Below, one piece after another: positions 19,494 to 31,313 of a DNA stretch of 64,000 nt. How positions within the stretch are numbered: the stretch's first letter is position 1; the number at the start of each line of letters is the position of its first letter. Below the pieces are notes generated by a model. It worked only from the letters and a program-made list of their open reading frames with translations, was not told the origin of the DNA and made no database searches. A program made the position numbers and the translations under genes. This DNA comes from Blastocladiella emersonii ATCC 22665 (taxonomy: Eukaryota; Fungi; Blastocladiomycota): positions 992,001-1,056,000 of the forward strand of contig JANHCV010000011.1 in assembly GCA_025594325.1 (NCBI GenBank), in the 5' to 3' direction.

Positions 19494-19667
19494 TGTAAGG
19501 TGCCGAGGGGGAGGGTCTTGCGCCACGAGGAATGACTAGCCGGATAATGAAGGATTGTATCACGAATGACAAGAGAGAGGGAGAGCGAGGGCAACGCTCG
19601 GCTTATGAGGGACTGCGCCACCAGCCCGCGCCACCAGCCCGAGCTGTTGGATCACTGAACCGTGACA
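19494..19667 (-). repeat. 5' LTR
   Basis: Direct repeat of 14376-14549, followed on the minus strand by a non-tRNA PBS candidate at 19483-19491. Confidence 0.95.
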
Positions 19668-20001
19668 CTAACAATTTGGAGGCTGACAACAGCGCAACGC
19701 CTGAGCAGGTGGACCTTTGACGTGCTGGGGGTACCGGCATGGGGAACGATGACAAGGGTGACAGCGAGATCATTCCCGTGAACATCGCGCGGGAAGCCCA
19801 GGGCAACAACGTTGTGTCTTTATGGCTACAAGATGAGCAAACACACTGCATTGGGAGAGCGTGCACTGTGCGCACGAGGCGTGGTCAAAAACAACTGCCA
19901 TCAAGTTTGAGAGACTGGTCCAACAAGTTCGCAAGCTCGAGGGAAGAGCAAAAGGTGCGCACATGCTCGCTCATGCGATCAAGACAAAGGAGAAAAAGTA
20001 C

Positions 20002-20073
20002 TGCCGCCTGGGAGGATCGAACACCCGGCCTTTGCTTTACGAGAGCAACGCTCTGCCACTGAGCTAAGGCGGC
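20002..20073 (-). tRNA. trnT(CGU): tRNA-Thr(CGT)
   Basis: GCCGCCTTAGCTCAGTGGCAGAGCGTTGCTCTCGTAAAGCAAAGGCCGGGTGTTCGATCCTCCCAGGCGGCA folds as a cloverleaf with anticodon CGT; TTTTT terminator downstream. Confidence 0.95.
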
Positions 20074-20765
20074 TCGCTCTCCTGCGTCATTGTTGCGTAA
20101 CAAAGACCGAAGGTCGTATTCCATCAGCAGATACATCACGTGGTCAACTAGATTGAGACAAATCAATCGATCTAGAACCCTCCAAAGCCACGGTTTCACT
20201 CGCTCGTTCTTCAGCTCGGCATGCCAATCGCGGTAGTTGCTGACCAGTGTGGCCATGCTGAGATTCTTGAGCTTAGAGAACTGGGTGAAGCGGGCCAGGG
20301 GGGTTGTTACGCGTCGTTCATGCGGTGGTGATCGTGGTGATCGTCCACCTAATCTCGCATGCTCTCGCCCGTAACCGCCTCGCTACCAGTCGCGCTCCTG
20401 CAGCATCATACTCCATTTTGTCATTCTCTATCCCCTCACCCAGCCATGATTCAGGGCCAGATCGAAGAATACACCCCTCTGACTAGCTGTACAGCTCGTG
20501 AATTTTCATGGCTTTACTTGAACGCGGAAATCCCACAGGAGCGAGGTTTGTAGCTGAGCGACCAACCAAACTGACTCCCAGATGTGGCCAAAGACAAAGA
20601 CCGCTTGATCCAGTCCGTACTCGGCGAGTACGGCTCGCTCGTTGAGCACGGTTGCCAAAGATTCTTGCTTGATTGTTGTACAGCACGTTCGTGGAAGTTG
20701 CTTGCTTCGCGCCGATTGCTTCAGTTGACCCAAATAGGATCCGAAACTGTGGACTTCAATCACAG

Positions 20766-20837
20766 GCCGCCTTAGCTCAGTGGCAGAGCGTTGCTCTCGT
20801 AAAGCAAAGGCCGGGTGTTCGATCCTCCCAGGCGGCA
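20766..20837 (+). tRNA. trnT(CGU): tRNA-Thr(CGT), identical second copy
   Basis: Same 72-nt sequence on the plus strand with different flanks; T-runs downstream. Confidence 0.95.
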
Positions 20838-20949
20838 TCACGTTTTGTTTTCCGTTGCGCTCTAGCGCCAGCCAGCCAGCCAAACCAGTTAGTGAGTGAG
20901 TAGGGAGGGAGGAAGTGAAGTGAGCGTAGCAGAAGCCAAAAAAAAAAGG

Positions 20950-21021
20950 TGTCATCTCCCAGAATCGAACTGGGGTCGCCACGGCCACAACGTGGAGTAC
21001 TAACCACTATACTAAGATGAC
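20950..21021 (-). tRNA. trnH(GUG): tRNA-His(GTG)
   Basis: GTCATCTTAGTATAGTGGTTAGTACTCCACGTTGTGGCCGTGGCGACCCCAGTTCGATTCTGGGAGATGACA; anticodon GTG; long T-run downstream. Confidence 0.95.
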
Positions 21022-21451
21022 TTGCTAATGTAGTCGCTTTATATTCTTCTAGTTCTTGTCCGCTTTGCTCGATCACATTTGCCATCAATCCGTGTTCTGC
21101 GGACCGAGCACCACTGTGATCCTGCCTCCTCGTTTTTATACGCGCAAACTGCGTTCGCAGCGGACCGACGAGGGTGAGCACGCCCGTCCGCTTCAGTGGC
21201 AATGCGGTGCGTTCCAACTGCCCGCTCCCTCTCGTCTTGGCCCCGTTGATCGCGCACCACACGGCGACGACGACGACGACAAGTGTGCATCTTGTTCGCT
21301 CGTACGAGCGCACTTGATTCGGCGTCGGGTGAGCAACGGAGTGCGGAAGGAGGGAGGGAGGGCATCGTTTCGATCGGGGTCGAGCCAAGCGAAGCCGGTT
21401 GTTTGATGGTATCGGGGAGGCTGGTGCCGGCGTCTTTTGAGGTCGAAGCAT

Positions 21452-21523
21452 GGTCCTATAGTGTAGCGGTCATCACACCAGACTCTGAATCTGGTAACCT
21501 GAGTTCGAATCTCAGTAGGACCT
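21452..21523 (+). tRNA. trnQ(CUG): tRNA-Gln(CTG)
   Basis: GGTCCTATAGTGTAGCGGTCATCACACCAGACTCTGAATCTGGTAACCTGAGTTCGAATCTCAGTAGGACCT; anticodon CTG; T-run downstream. Confidence 0.95.
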
Positions 21524-23454
21524 TGGTTCTTTTTCATTTTTCTCACTCCGTCTCGCTCGCCCCCTCGGCTTGCCGCTCTTCGCTCATGCTGTTGCTCTCG
21601 TGCTCTTGTTTCCGACGCCATATGTTGCCGATATCGCTCGCTCTCCCGCTCGCCCTTCTCGCGCACAAAGTGACTGCCGATGGATGGACGAGCTCGTGGG
21701 TAGCGAGGGTGCTCACCTCCCTCCCTTCTTTCTCACTCTCGCCTACTGTTCGTCACCGCAGGATGTATATACATCGGCCTTCACCCAGAATCGCCTCCGA
21801 GCGCACGGTGACCCGTCCGCTCGCGCAGCGACCCAAACCCTGGCCACGCGGCCGCTCCGCATGTCGCCTGATACTGATGCTGCCGCTGCATCATCATTGC
21901 CGCTTCGGACATGGGCAGTACCAGCGGACTCGGCGGCACATAGTACGAACCCGCCGTATCCGCCGTCAACGTGCTGTACGAATCGAACAGACGCGCCGTG
22001 GCATCGTCCCGCTCCTGGCTCGCGGTGCGCTGCGTCTGGACTGTGTTGCCCGACCACGGCATCCACTCACCAAGCAGCGATGTCGTGGATGGCGTGCGTT
22101 CGCGACCCGGCCACGTTATGGGGATCAGCGGCCGCGGCAAGCTGTTTGAGAGCGACGCGGGTGTCGATTCCTGCCACGCGTCAGACGGTGAGGGCGCGGG
22201 GGGCGGGTATGCGGCGGCGGCGATTGCGGGCAGGCGCGTGGAACCGCCGCGCGGCGGTTGGAAGCGGTATGCGGCTGGTGTTGAAGCTTTTGGTGCAGAT
22301 TCGAGCAGTCGGCGGCACCAAGCGGTTCCGTCATCATGCGCTGAGTCGCGATTTGGAGGCGGCTGTGTCGGCACGGACGCAGTTGCTGGCGCAAGCCGCT
22401 GCGCTGGCCGATGGTGCTGATTCGCGACGAAGCCGTGGTGAGGATGCTGCGGTATTGGAGGCGGTGGTGGCGGGCTCGCGCGAGGCGTTGGATACGGCTG
22501 CGACGCGGCGGGAACTGGTTGAGCCGCATGCTTCGTCGCTTCAGCACGAAGCGCGACCGAGCCCCACGATGGCAACGCGGGAGCGAAGAAGGTGCCTAGC
22601 AGCAAGTCGCTGAGGTCCTCAGAAACGCGCTGCGGGTGGTAGAAGGCGACCTGGCGCGAGACGCGAAGCGAAGAGGCAAAGCGCTCGGGCGCGAGCGATA
22701 CGACTGTGAGGGCCACGGTCACTCTCAAGATCGTCGATATGTACTCGAGAATCTAGGCAATAGCGCGGAAATTAGCATCGCGTGAGTCAAAATGAGTCGC
22801 AGGCAAACGTACCTCGGTCGTCAGGTAGCCCTGAATCAAGAGCACTGAGTTCGGCGGCGCGTCCACAATCTCTGCGAGTTCCAGCAGCTGCGTCCATTGT
22901 GGCGGAAGGTGGCCCTCGAGGAAATGCAGCCGCCGCCCGAGCTCGGCGCCGATAGAAGATCCCGCGAAGATGATGACAAGCCGGTCCTACCATCGCACCG
23001 CCGTCAGGATTCGGACAGGACGAGCTCGACACCCAGTATCAAGCATACCGCAGGAATGCTCACCGCCGCCATGACACCGAGCTGCGCAGCATTTGCACCC
23101 AGCACCTGCTCCGCCCTGCGCTCGAGCGCGCGGCCCATGGCGACGAGGCTGTGCAAGCAGTCGCCGAGCTGCGCGATGGCCTCGTCGCTGACGACAAGTA
23201 CGTGGCGCGGCATGACGTTGCGGCGGCTCAGCGCCGCTTGCGGAGCGTGTTGCATCGAGTCTCGGTAGGTATTCATTCGCTGCGTTCATCAAGATTACTG
23301 GGTTGCGGGGGAGAAGCGGGCGATGGAGCCAAGTCGAGGCGCAGTCCACCCTCGGGCCAGCGCCCGTCCACTTGACTCTGCGTGCATCACCTGATGGAGA
23401 CCTGCCAAAACCAGCGACGCGCTGCGCCGCACACAACCGAATGTATTGTAGGGT

Positions 23455-24646
23455 TTACCAGCAGTACTTGTCGCGCTTGCTCTTGGTGCGGACCTCGAGC
23501 ATAGCCTCGCCGAGCTTGCCCTGTTTCTTGGCATGCGCGAGCCGTGCGCGGGTCTCGCCGTCGAGCTGGACATCGGCGCCGACCTGGTACTTTTTCACCA
23601 GCTCGAGCTCGTCGACGTCGTCCTCATCCCCCTCGACGTGGTCGCCAATGCGGCGACGCGTGCCCGCGGCCTTCTCGGCCTCGCGCAGCGCGCGGCGCAC
23701 GACGTCGGCCTGGACCTTGACAACGAACGAGCTGGCGAACCCGAGCTTGGTCGCGTCGCCGTCGCACCGCATGGGCCACGCGGCGCGCGCGTCGGTCGCG
23801 TGGTCGACGTGCAGCACGCCGCCCCACACGGACTGGAACGCGACCTGGTTGGTCTCGGGGAGGATGATTGGGAGCCACTAGTCGCGCGGACGATGGTGGT
23901 CAGTGTCGGAGCGAAGCGAGTCGGCGGTGAGTAGCAGCGTACCTCTTCCGCAGGCCCGACGGCCTCAGTCGCGCACGATACGACGCCGTGCTTGTCGGCC
24001 GAGAGGTACCGTCCCTCGGCGCTCTTGATGCTCCACCGCTCGGTCGTCTCCTCCTCTTCCTCCCCATCCCCCTTCTCGCCCTCTCCCGCCGCCGCCGCCT
24101 TGGCCGCCGCCGCGCTGCTCGACGTCAGCTTGCGCAGGACAAACACTTGGTGGACGTCGGTCGGCTCAAAGTCGGCGGCGCGCCACGTGTCGGGGTCGAC
24201 GCCGTCGTCGAGATCGACGGGCCGCAGCACGGCGTGCGGCGAGTCGGTCGGGTTGTACAGCGACGAGGGCGTCGAGGTGCCCGGGAACAGGACGACGCAG
24301 GGGCCCGTCAGGTGCGCGATGCGGGTGGCCTGTGTCCAGCCTACACGGGAGGAGGTGCGGGTGTGAGTGGGATGCCGCGGTTGCGCAGGGGACGGTGGTG
24401 CAGCGGACCAGATTCGGGGAGCCCGGCGTCCTCGTCGTCGTCGTCGGACCCGGCGCCGCGCTTCCGCTTCGACGGCTTGTGGCTACACGAGGGCGGTGAG
24501 CGGGGCGAGCTTTCCGAGGCGAACGGGAGCGCGAGCACAACTTACTCCTTGTCGGCCTTATCGCGCTTACTACTCTTCTTCTTCTTCTTCCCAGCATCGC
24601 CGCTGCCCTTGAACACGAGCTTCCCGGGGCGAGGTGCGGATGACAT
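23455..24646 (-). CDS. FRG1: FRG1-like protein (spliced)
   Basis: N-terminal GKLVFKG..KKKKK, WSIKSAEGRYLSADKHGVVSCATEAVGPAEE|W, C-terminal RTKSKRDKYCW; GT-AG introns reconstruct the frame. Confidence 0.88.
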
Positions 24647-24745
24647 TGCAGCAAGTAGTTTCGCGGGCTCGGTCCGCAGTCAAGAGATGCATTCAGAGGT
24701 TGGAGAGCGAGCACCGCGGCCACCGTCACCGCTTACAAGTATATG

Positions 24746-26007
24746 TCACGCGCCGCCGTTGCGCCACGAGCCGAGGAACAAGTGGAGGACGAGCGCCTCG
24801 GGGTCGAGGTGGTTGCGCGAGTAGGTCGGGCGGCTGGTCCCCGTCTGGATGCTGCCCGGCGAGAACTGCCAGAGCGGGAGCACAACGGCGTCGCCGAACC
24901 GGCGCGGCGCCTCCATGAAGTGCATGGCCTTGAACGACGTGTCGCCGCCGAACCCGCTCAGGTACGGGAACACGCCGTCGGTGAAGATGCCGGGCCCCGT
25001 CAGGTCGAGCACGTCGTTGTCGGAGACGGGCGGGTCCCAGGCGGGCGGCGCGTCCATGGTCGCCTCGGGCCGGCGCCGCGCGAGGATCTTGGCGAGGCTG
25101 AGGTGCAGGACGTGCGCGATGGCCGGGTGCGCGGGCGCGGCCGCGAACGTCCAGGTGCAGAACTGGAACCGTCTCGCAAAGTGGTTGGGCCAGACGTCCG
25201 ACTCCATGTCGGCCTCGACGCCGACGACGAGCCGGTCGCCACGCTGCAGCGGCCACTCGTGCATCGGGCGCAGCGGGCACGCATCGACGTCGGCCCAGAC
25301 TCCGCCGAACGTGTACACGACGAGCACGCGGAACAGGTCAGCGCGCATGATGGGCCGCGGCACGTCGCGGTACACGGGCCACACCGCCGGGTGGTACCGC
25401 TGCACGAAGTCGTCCGCGTCCGTGTCGGTCCACAGCAGCACCGCCGCGTCCGGGTTCTTGGCCTTCCACCCGGCGATGCACTCCTGCGCGCGAGAGGGGA
25501 CCGTGCGCGTGTCCGACCACTTGCTGTGCACCAGCTTTGGCAGCGGCCACCGCGCGTCCGTCAGGTTGCGCGCGTGCGCCTCGGTCCAGTTGGTCAGCGC
25601 CGCCATGGCCAGCTCGAGCGGCCGCGGCGGGCCCGTCGGTGGTGGTGGTGGTTTCGGCGCGCCGCCGCCCGTGCTCGGCGCGGCCGGCGCGTCAGCGTCA
25701 TCACCGTGCATCGACACGCTGGTCGGGACCGGGACCGCGGGCTTGTCGAGGATCCGCTCGCCGCCGCCGGCCCCGCTGCCAGCCGCGGCGGTCGTGGTGG
25801 TCCCGGCCGGAAAAACTCGGCTCGACGACGACGCGGGCCGCGTGCCGCTCGCGACCTTGGTCTCGGACGCCGAGAGCTCTACGCCGCCATGGTCGCGGTC
25901 AGATCACGACCTTTCCCCGCGGAGATGAGCGTGAACGTACGGAACAAGAGGACGACGAGGACGAGCAGGGCGACGCCCAGGACGCCGTATCGTTTCTGTG
26001 CATGCAT
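24746..26007 (-). CDS. GT32 (OCH1-like) DXD glycosyltransferase, type II membrane (1 intron)
   Basis: N-terminal TM GVLGVALLVLVVLLF; PKLVHSKW, MRADLFRVLVVYTFGGVWADVD, FCTWTFAAAPAHP, LTGPGIFTD. Confidence 0.88.
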
Positions 26008-26365
26008 GGCTGGGTGATTTCTGGGGATGGAGAGCACGGATTGCGGGTCGCTCCTGTATTTGAGGGCACGGAATGGCGGCCAGGGACACGCGTGCGAGCG
26101 AGGGCGCGGACGCGGCCAGGCGGGAGACACGGCGGCCGCCGCGGCCATCACCTGATGTCTCGCGTCTCCCGCCCGCTCGGGGCAGTTCATGAAGCACCGC
26201 GGGCCGCTGCACGCGTCTTGGCGTGCGAGGCGCCCGTGGCGCGCGGCCTGCGCCACCCCGCGGCGGCCAGGGACTGCGTCGCGTCGTTTCAGGCCGCGGG
26301 GCGCGTCGTGTCGTCGCGCCTCTCCGCCAAGCCGACCGACTAGGAATACCAGCAACCACCACACC

Positions 26366-26952
26366 ATGAACGCAGCAGCCACCATGTACCCGTCGACGCT
26401 GACGCACGACGAGGCCCAGCGCATGGCCGCGGCGCCCGGCGGCGGTCGCGGCGAGGCGCCGCACTCGGTACCTTCCGCGTCTCTCTCGACCCCGCGCGCG
26501 ACCTCGACTAACACGACGGCCACGCGTAGGACTTCACCGACCTCGAGTCCGGCACCCACGCGACGCTCCCGTCCTTCTCCTCGTCGCCCTCCGCGAAACG
26601 CACCACCAACAACAACCCCTTCGGCACCTTCCTCGCGGCGCTCGAGACGGTCGCGTGCACGACGCTGGCGGGGATCGACGCGGTTGGGAACACGCTGGCC
26701 GACTGGTGCGGGCTGACGGCGCCGCGGTACGCCGAGTTTATTGACGAGGCCGTGGCCGAGGGCCAGCGCGAGCAGCAGTACGCGATCCAGCAAGGGCGCG
26801 CCGCGGCGGGCGCCGGGTCGACGGCGGTCCAGCCCATGGCCAGCTCGGCCGCGGCGATCAAGCAGCCGCTCATGGCGTCGGCGGGCGGGCCGGCCGCGAC
26901 GTGGTCGAGCGTGGGCGTGGGCGCGGCGCCGGCGAGTCTTGTCTCGACGTGA
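26366..26952 (+). CDS. Hypothetical protein (1 predicted intron)
   Basis: Host-like codon usage; a GTACCT...TAG intron near 26468-26530 joins MNAAATMY... to DFTDLESG...LVST*. Confidence 0.5.
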
Positions 26953-27069
26953 TTCAGAAATACACCCACGACTTAGACTGCACGCGACCGACGGAAGGAA
27001 TCGAGAGGGGGATACATTCATACTCGGCAAACCTCATCTCCGCGCCGACCTCGCGCCTCACAACCTTCT

Positions 27070-28594
27070 TCATGGGTTCGCGCTGAGCGCCTTGCTCCAG
27101 TCGACCGTCCCCGCGGGCGTCCCCGTCTTGAGCACGCCCTGGCGGTGCCAGACGGACGGGAACCGGGCGTAGTCGTCGAGCGCGCGCCACGTCGACACCA
27201 GCGGACCCTGCGCAATCTCAGCGCGCTTGGCGTCCGCGGCGGCGCGCGCGTTGGACACGTCGACCTTCTCGTCGCGGTTCGCGTGCGGGTGGCCCGACCC
27301 GCCGGCGAGCAAGGCGAGCGCCGTCGGGTTGTACTCGGCGAGCCACAGGGTGGCCCACTCGCGAGTCGCGGCCTCGAGGGTGTCGGCGACGGCGAGGCGC
27401 GCCGCGAACAGCGACTCGAGCTTGGCGCGGTCGGCGAGGCGCGCGCGGTGCGCGTCGATCTCGGCGGGCGTGGGCTCCGTGTACTTGAACGCGTAGGTCC
27501 CCGCGGCGGTCGGGTCGGCGAGCACGTCGGCGGGCAGGTTGGCCTCGTCAATGTACTGGCCCAGCTCGGTCGACTTGGCAAAGAAGATCTTGGCCTGGAC
27601 CACGGGGTCGAGCCACGGCTTTATGATCTTCCAGATGCCCGAGAAGACCCACGGCGCGTTGACGATGAGGCAGGTGCCGAGCGACTCGGGGTAGTAGTTC
27701 TGCAGGCACGAGACCAGGAACTGGACCATGCCCTGGTCCATGTTCGACAGCCCGAACCCCGTCAGGTTGAACACGATGGTCACCGTCTCGATGCCCGGCG
27801 GCAGCACCAGGCGCGCCGTCTCCATGAGGTACACGGTGTGCCGCTGCAGCATGGCCTCGGACTGCGCCGACTTGTTGTGCAGGCGCGCGTTGATGTAGCT
27901 ACGGGCGCATGGACGTGAGTCGGTCGGCGGTTCACACGACAGCGAGCGAGGGGGAGACGTACATGACGGGGCGGCCGACCTTGTCGTTCTTGTAGAAGTA
28001 GGCCTTGCCCTGGAACTGCGAGGGGTCGATAAGCGACTCGCCCTGTTCGACGACGCTCTGCACGTCGTTCTCGACGCGCCACTTGAGCGCGGCGACCAGC
28101 ATCGCGTACGCCTTGGGCACGTCGAACTTGCGCGCGCGCAGGAACCGCAGCACGAACGGGTCCGGGTGCTGGTCCTACACACACGGGTCGCGCATGTGTC
28201 AGAGTCCGTGGGCAGCGGCGTGAGACACACACCCGCGTACCTGGCCGGCAGTCCACAGCTCGCGGCGCACGTCCGCGACGGTCGCGACCTTGGTGTTCCC
28301 GCCGTTGAGCGCGGTCGGCACCGACAGGTCCGTGGTCGAGGTGGCGGGCGACGGCGGCTGGCTGCTGCCCGGCAGCTTGGTCGAAGTGACGGGGGTCTCG
28401 GCCGGCTGCGCAAAAAGGTTGAGCAGGTGCATCCACAGCTCGGCCAGCGCCGACGTCTGCTCGACCGTCAGGTTGCCGAGGTGGCCGGGGCCTGCCGACG
28501 CGGCAACGGGGTGCGCGTGCGGGTGCGCGTGGCGAGCATGGTGGTGGTGCGGGTGATGGTGGCGGTGATGATGGGACGACGGGGTGCCGAGCAT
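27070..28594 (-). CDS. CRAL-TRIO / Sec14-like lipid transfer protein (CSR1-like, spliced)
   Basis: GHLGNLT, PDPFVLRFLRARKFDV, NDKVGRPV, FNLTGFGLSNMD, LQNYYPESLG...VNAPWVFSGIWKIIKPWLDPVVQAKIFF. Confidence 0.92.
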
Positions 28595-29684
28595 GGTGGT
28601 GATAGATCAGTCAGTCAGTGAGCTGGTTGACGAGGGAGAGAGCGGGGATGGGACACGCACTCGGCCCGTCGGCAGATGGCGGCGCGCCGCTGGCGGTGGC
28701 CGTCGACTTGAGGCTGGCCTTGGAACCGGCCTTCTTCATCTCAATGGAAGGGAGATGGTGCTGAGTCGCGTCGGGCGCGGGGTCGTGGGCGTGGGAGTGC
28801 TGCGCGGAGCGGAACAGGTGCCCGATCGCGAGAGCCGATGCGGACGCGGCGAAGACAAGGACAGGGATTCGATGCGGCTTTGGTGGCCGAGTCGATGAAG
28901 CGCGCGCGGTCGAAGAAAAAGACGCGGCGGCGGCGCGGCGGGCGAGGGGTCGAGAGTGGAGGAAGAGTCGGAGGAACGGCGGCGTCGACGTCGTGGTGAC
29001 GGCCGGCTACGGGTTCGAGTTGCTGGGTGCGCGGACGGTCGATGCGTTGCGCAGAGTGTGAGCTACGTTGTGTGCGTTACGTTGTCGGGGGCAGGAGAGG
29101 AGGGGGAGCGCCGGTGCTTTGTAGTTGTCGCGACCGACGGATGGGCGGCGTGTCCCTCCGCCGCTGCAGACTTGACTGACCGACCCGGCTTGGCGCTCAT
29201 CCGCTGCTCCTCCACGCGCCCGGCGCAACATCGATTGCAAGGCGCGGAGCCACTTGGCGCATCAATCGGCCCGTCGACCCCCGTGCCTGCTACAGCGCCT
29301 GGGTCGGCGCGAGCCGTGGCAGCGAGCAGGCGGTGCCGACGGCGGCCAGGGACTCGGCGGCCAGCAGGCGAGGTGCAGCGGGCGTGCTGAGCCACCCACC
29401 TCGGCCAGCCTAGGTGCGAGACGCGCGAGACAGGGCCGAGACGCAGTCTCCTTCCCTCCTCTCCCACGCGGACCATGTTCTTGACTCGATGGTGAGGGCC
29501 ACGCGCGGCATCCGATGACGACGATGGCGCCGCATGTGCTGTGCGTCTGCCAAGCCGCTCCTTACCGTAACTATGGCCGCCGAGCCCATTTCAGGTGCAC
29601 ACCGCCCGCCGCCGGTCCTCTCTCCCCCGCACACCGCACCGCATTGCTCTGTAAACAACAACACTTGAACACACCACCACCACC

Positions 29685-30158
29685 ATGGCATCCGTCGGTC
29701 GCCTCGAGGTCTTTGTGGGCGAGGCCAAGGGCCTCAAGTCCATGGACTTCCTCGCCAAGAACTCGCCGTACGTGCTGCTGACGTGCGGCACCAACCAGGT
29801 CAAGTCGACCATCAAGTCGAACGCGGGCGCGGCCGCCAAGTGGGACGAGACGCTGTCGATCGAGGTGCCCGAGGGTGTCTTCTGCCTGTCGGTCAGCGTC
29901 TACGACAAGGACCTGCTCACGCGCGACGACCGCATCGGCACCGCCGACATCATGCTGCACGAGGTGCTGCGCGGCGTGCCCCTCAGCGACACGTTCACGC
30001 TCATCGACAAGAAGGGCCGCGAGACGGGCTCCGCCACCCTGCGCGCCAGCTTCTTCTCGTCCGGCCGCCACATCGAGATCCCCAAGTTCATGGCGTACCC
30101 GACCGGCGCGTCCAGCTCGTTCCACGGCCCGCTCGCCTACCCGTCGTCGAGCTCGTAG
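29685..30158 (+). CDS. Small C2-domain protein (157 aa)
   Basis: LEVFVGEAKGLKSMDFLAKNSPYV, KWDETL, VYDKDLLTRDDRIG. Confidence 0.88.
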   Translation: MASVGRLEVFVGEAKGLKSMDFLAKNSPYVLLTCGTNQVKSTIKSNAGAAAKWDETLSIEVPEGVFCLSVSVYDKDLLTRDDRIGTADIMLHEVLRGVPLSDTFTLIDKKGRETGSATLRASFFSSGRHIEIPKFMAYPTGASSSFHGPLAYPSSSS

Positions 30159-30433
30159 TGCGTGTTGTGCTGGCGTGTCCGACCTAGATAGAATTCATTT
30201 GCCCTCCTCTCTACCCAGCACGTTTTCTGAGCCGAGATGGAGGCCACGGGGACAAGCGGCGGTGCGCCCTCGTGGCCTTGGAAGGAAGACCGCGTGCGAG
30301 CGAGGAAGCCCGAGAAGGTGTCGTCTTCCATCGGGGGCGTCGCGCCGCGCCGCACCTTCAAAAGCTTGGCGCGTCGCGCTCGGCCCTCTCTCTCCCTCCC
30401 CAACACAACACACGAATCAAACGCATCATCATC

Positions 30434-31028
30434 ATGGCGAATGGAACCCTCGAAGTCAAAGCCGTCGGCGGCCGAGAGCTCAAGTCGGTCGAGCTCTTCG
30501 GCAAGAACGACCCCTACCTCATCCTGACCATGGCGGGCACCCATCAAAGGTTCCGCACAAAGACCCACAACAACGGCGGCGCCTCGCCCGTCTGGGACCA
30601 GACGTTCCGCTTCAATGTCGTCGACGGCGCCTCGGCCGTCCAGCTCGACGTCTGGGACGAGGACGCCGCGTCCGACGACTTTATCGGCGCTGGCTCGGTC
30701 CCGCTCGACCGCGTCTTCGCCACCGGTCGACTTGACGATTGGTTCGACCTCCGCACCAAGTCCGGCAAGAAGGCAGGGCAGGTCCGCCTCACCATGACCT
30801 TCACGCCCGCGCAGGTACGCGTTCATCTGCACTCGTTCGGTGATCCCGCGCTGACTTGCATGCCTCGCTCGCAGGGCGCCCACGCGCAGTACCAGACCCC
30901 CGTCGCGACCGGCAGCTCGGTCGCGTCGTCGGCCTCGGCCGCGTACCCGGCGTACGGCGGCGGCGCTCCGCAGCAGCCCGCCTACCCGCAGCAGCAGCAG
31001 GCCAACACGTACCCGTCGTACGGCGCCC

Positions 31029-31094
<66 letters not shown>

Positions 31095-31278
31095 GCGCCT
31101 ACCCGAGCTACGGCGCTCCGCCCGCACCCGCGCCCGGCGCGTACCCGACGTACGGCGCGCCGCCTGCTCCCGGCGCGTACCCGAGCTACGGCGCCCCCGC
31201 TGCCCCCGCGCCCGGCGCGTACCCGGCGTACGGCGCTCCCCCGGCTCCCGGCGGCGGTGGTGCGCCCGCGTACCCTCC

Positions 31279-31313
<35 letters not shown>

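Larger units (their letters stand above)
14376..19670 (-). mobile_element. Ty3/gypsy chromovirus LTR retrotransposon, full length but decayed
   Basis: Two LTRs of about 174 bp, TSD ACAAT (14371-14375 and 19671-19675), PPT next to the 3' LTR, and gag-PR-RT-RH-IN-chromodomain order. Confidence 0.95.
11555..19960 (+). pseudogene. Decayed Helitron Rep (HUH endonuclease) gene, interrupted by the LTR element
   Basis: Across shifted frames: FFVTLNPYD, YYGIIEA/QGRSTLHIHVLV (HUH), HHWINLYN, MDIKNL, VIYYITNYV, KISSQQIALDLI. Many stops and frameshifts. The reading frame is continuous across the retroelement TSD (KLVNN|LEADNS). Outer limits are approximate. Confidence 0.78.

Noticed and set aside
20080-20260. 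Kinase-like fragment (MYLLMEYDLRSLL) between the tRNA-Thr genes
   Set aside because: Only one short motif resembles a kinase hinge; no other subdomain is visible.
20002-20837. Duplicated tRNA-Thr as an att site of the virus or as a SINE
   Set aside because: The copies are full length, inverted, have unrelated flanks and each has its own T-run terminator; att duplications are direct and usually partial.
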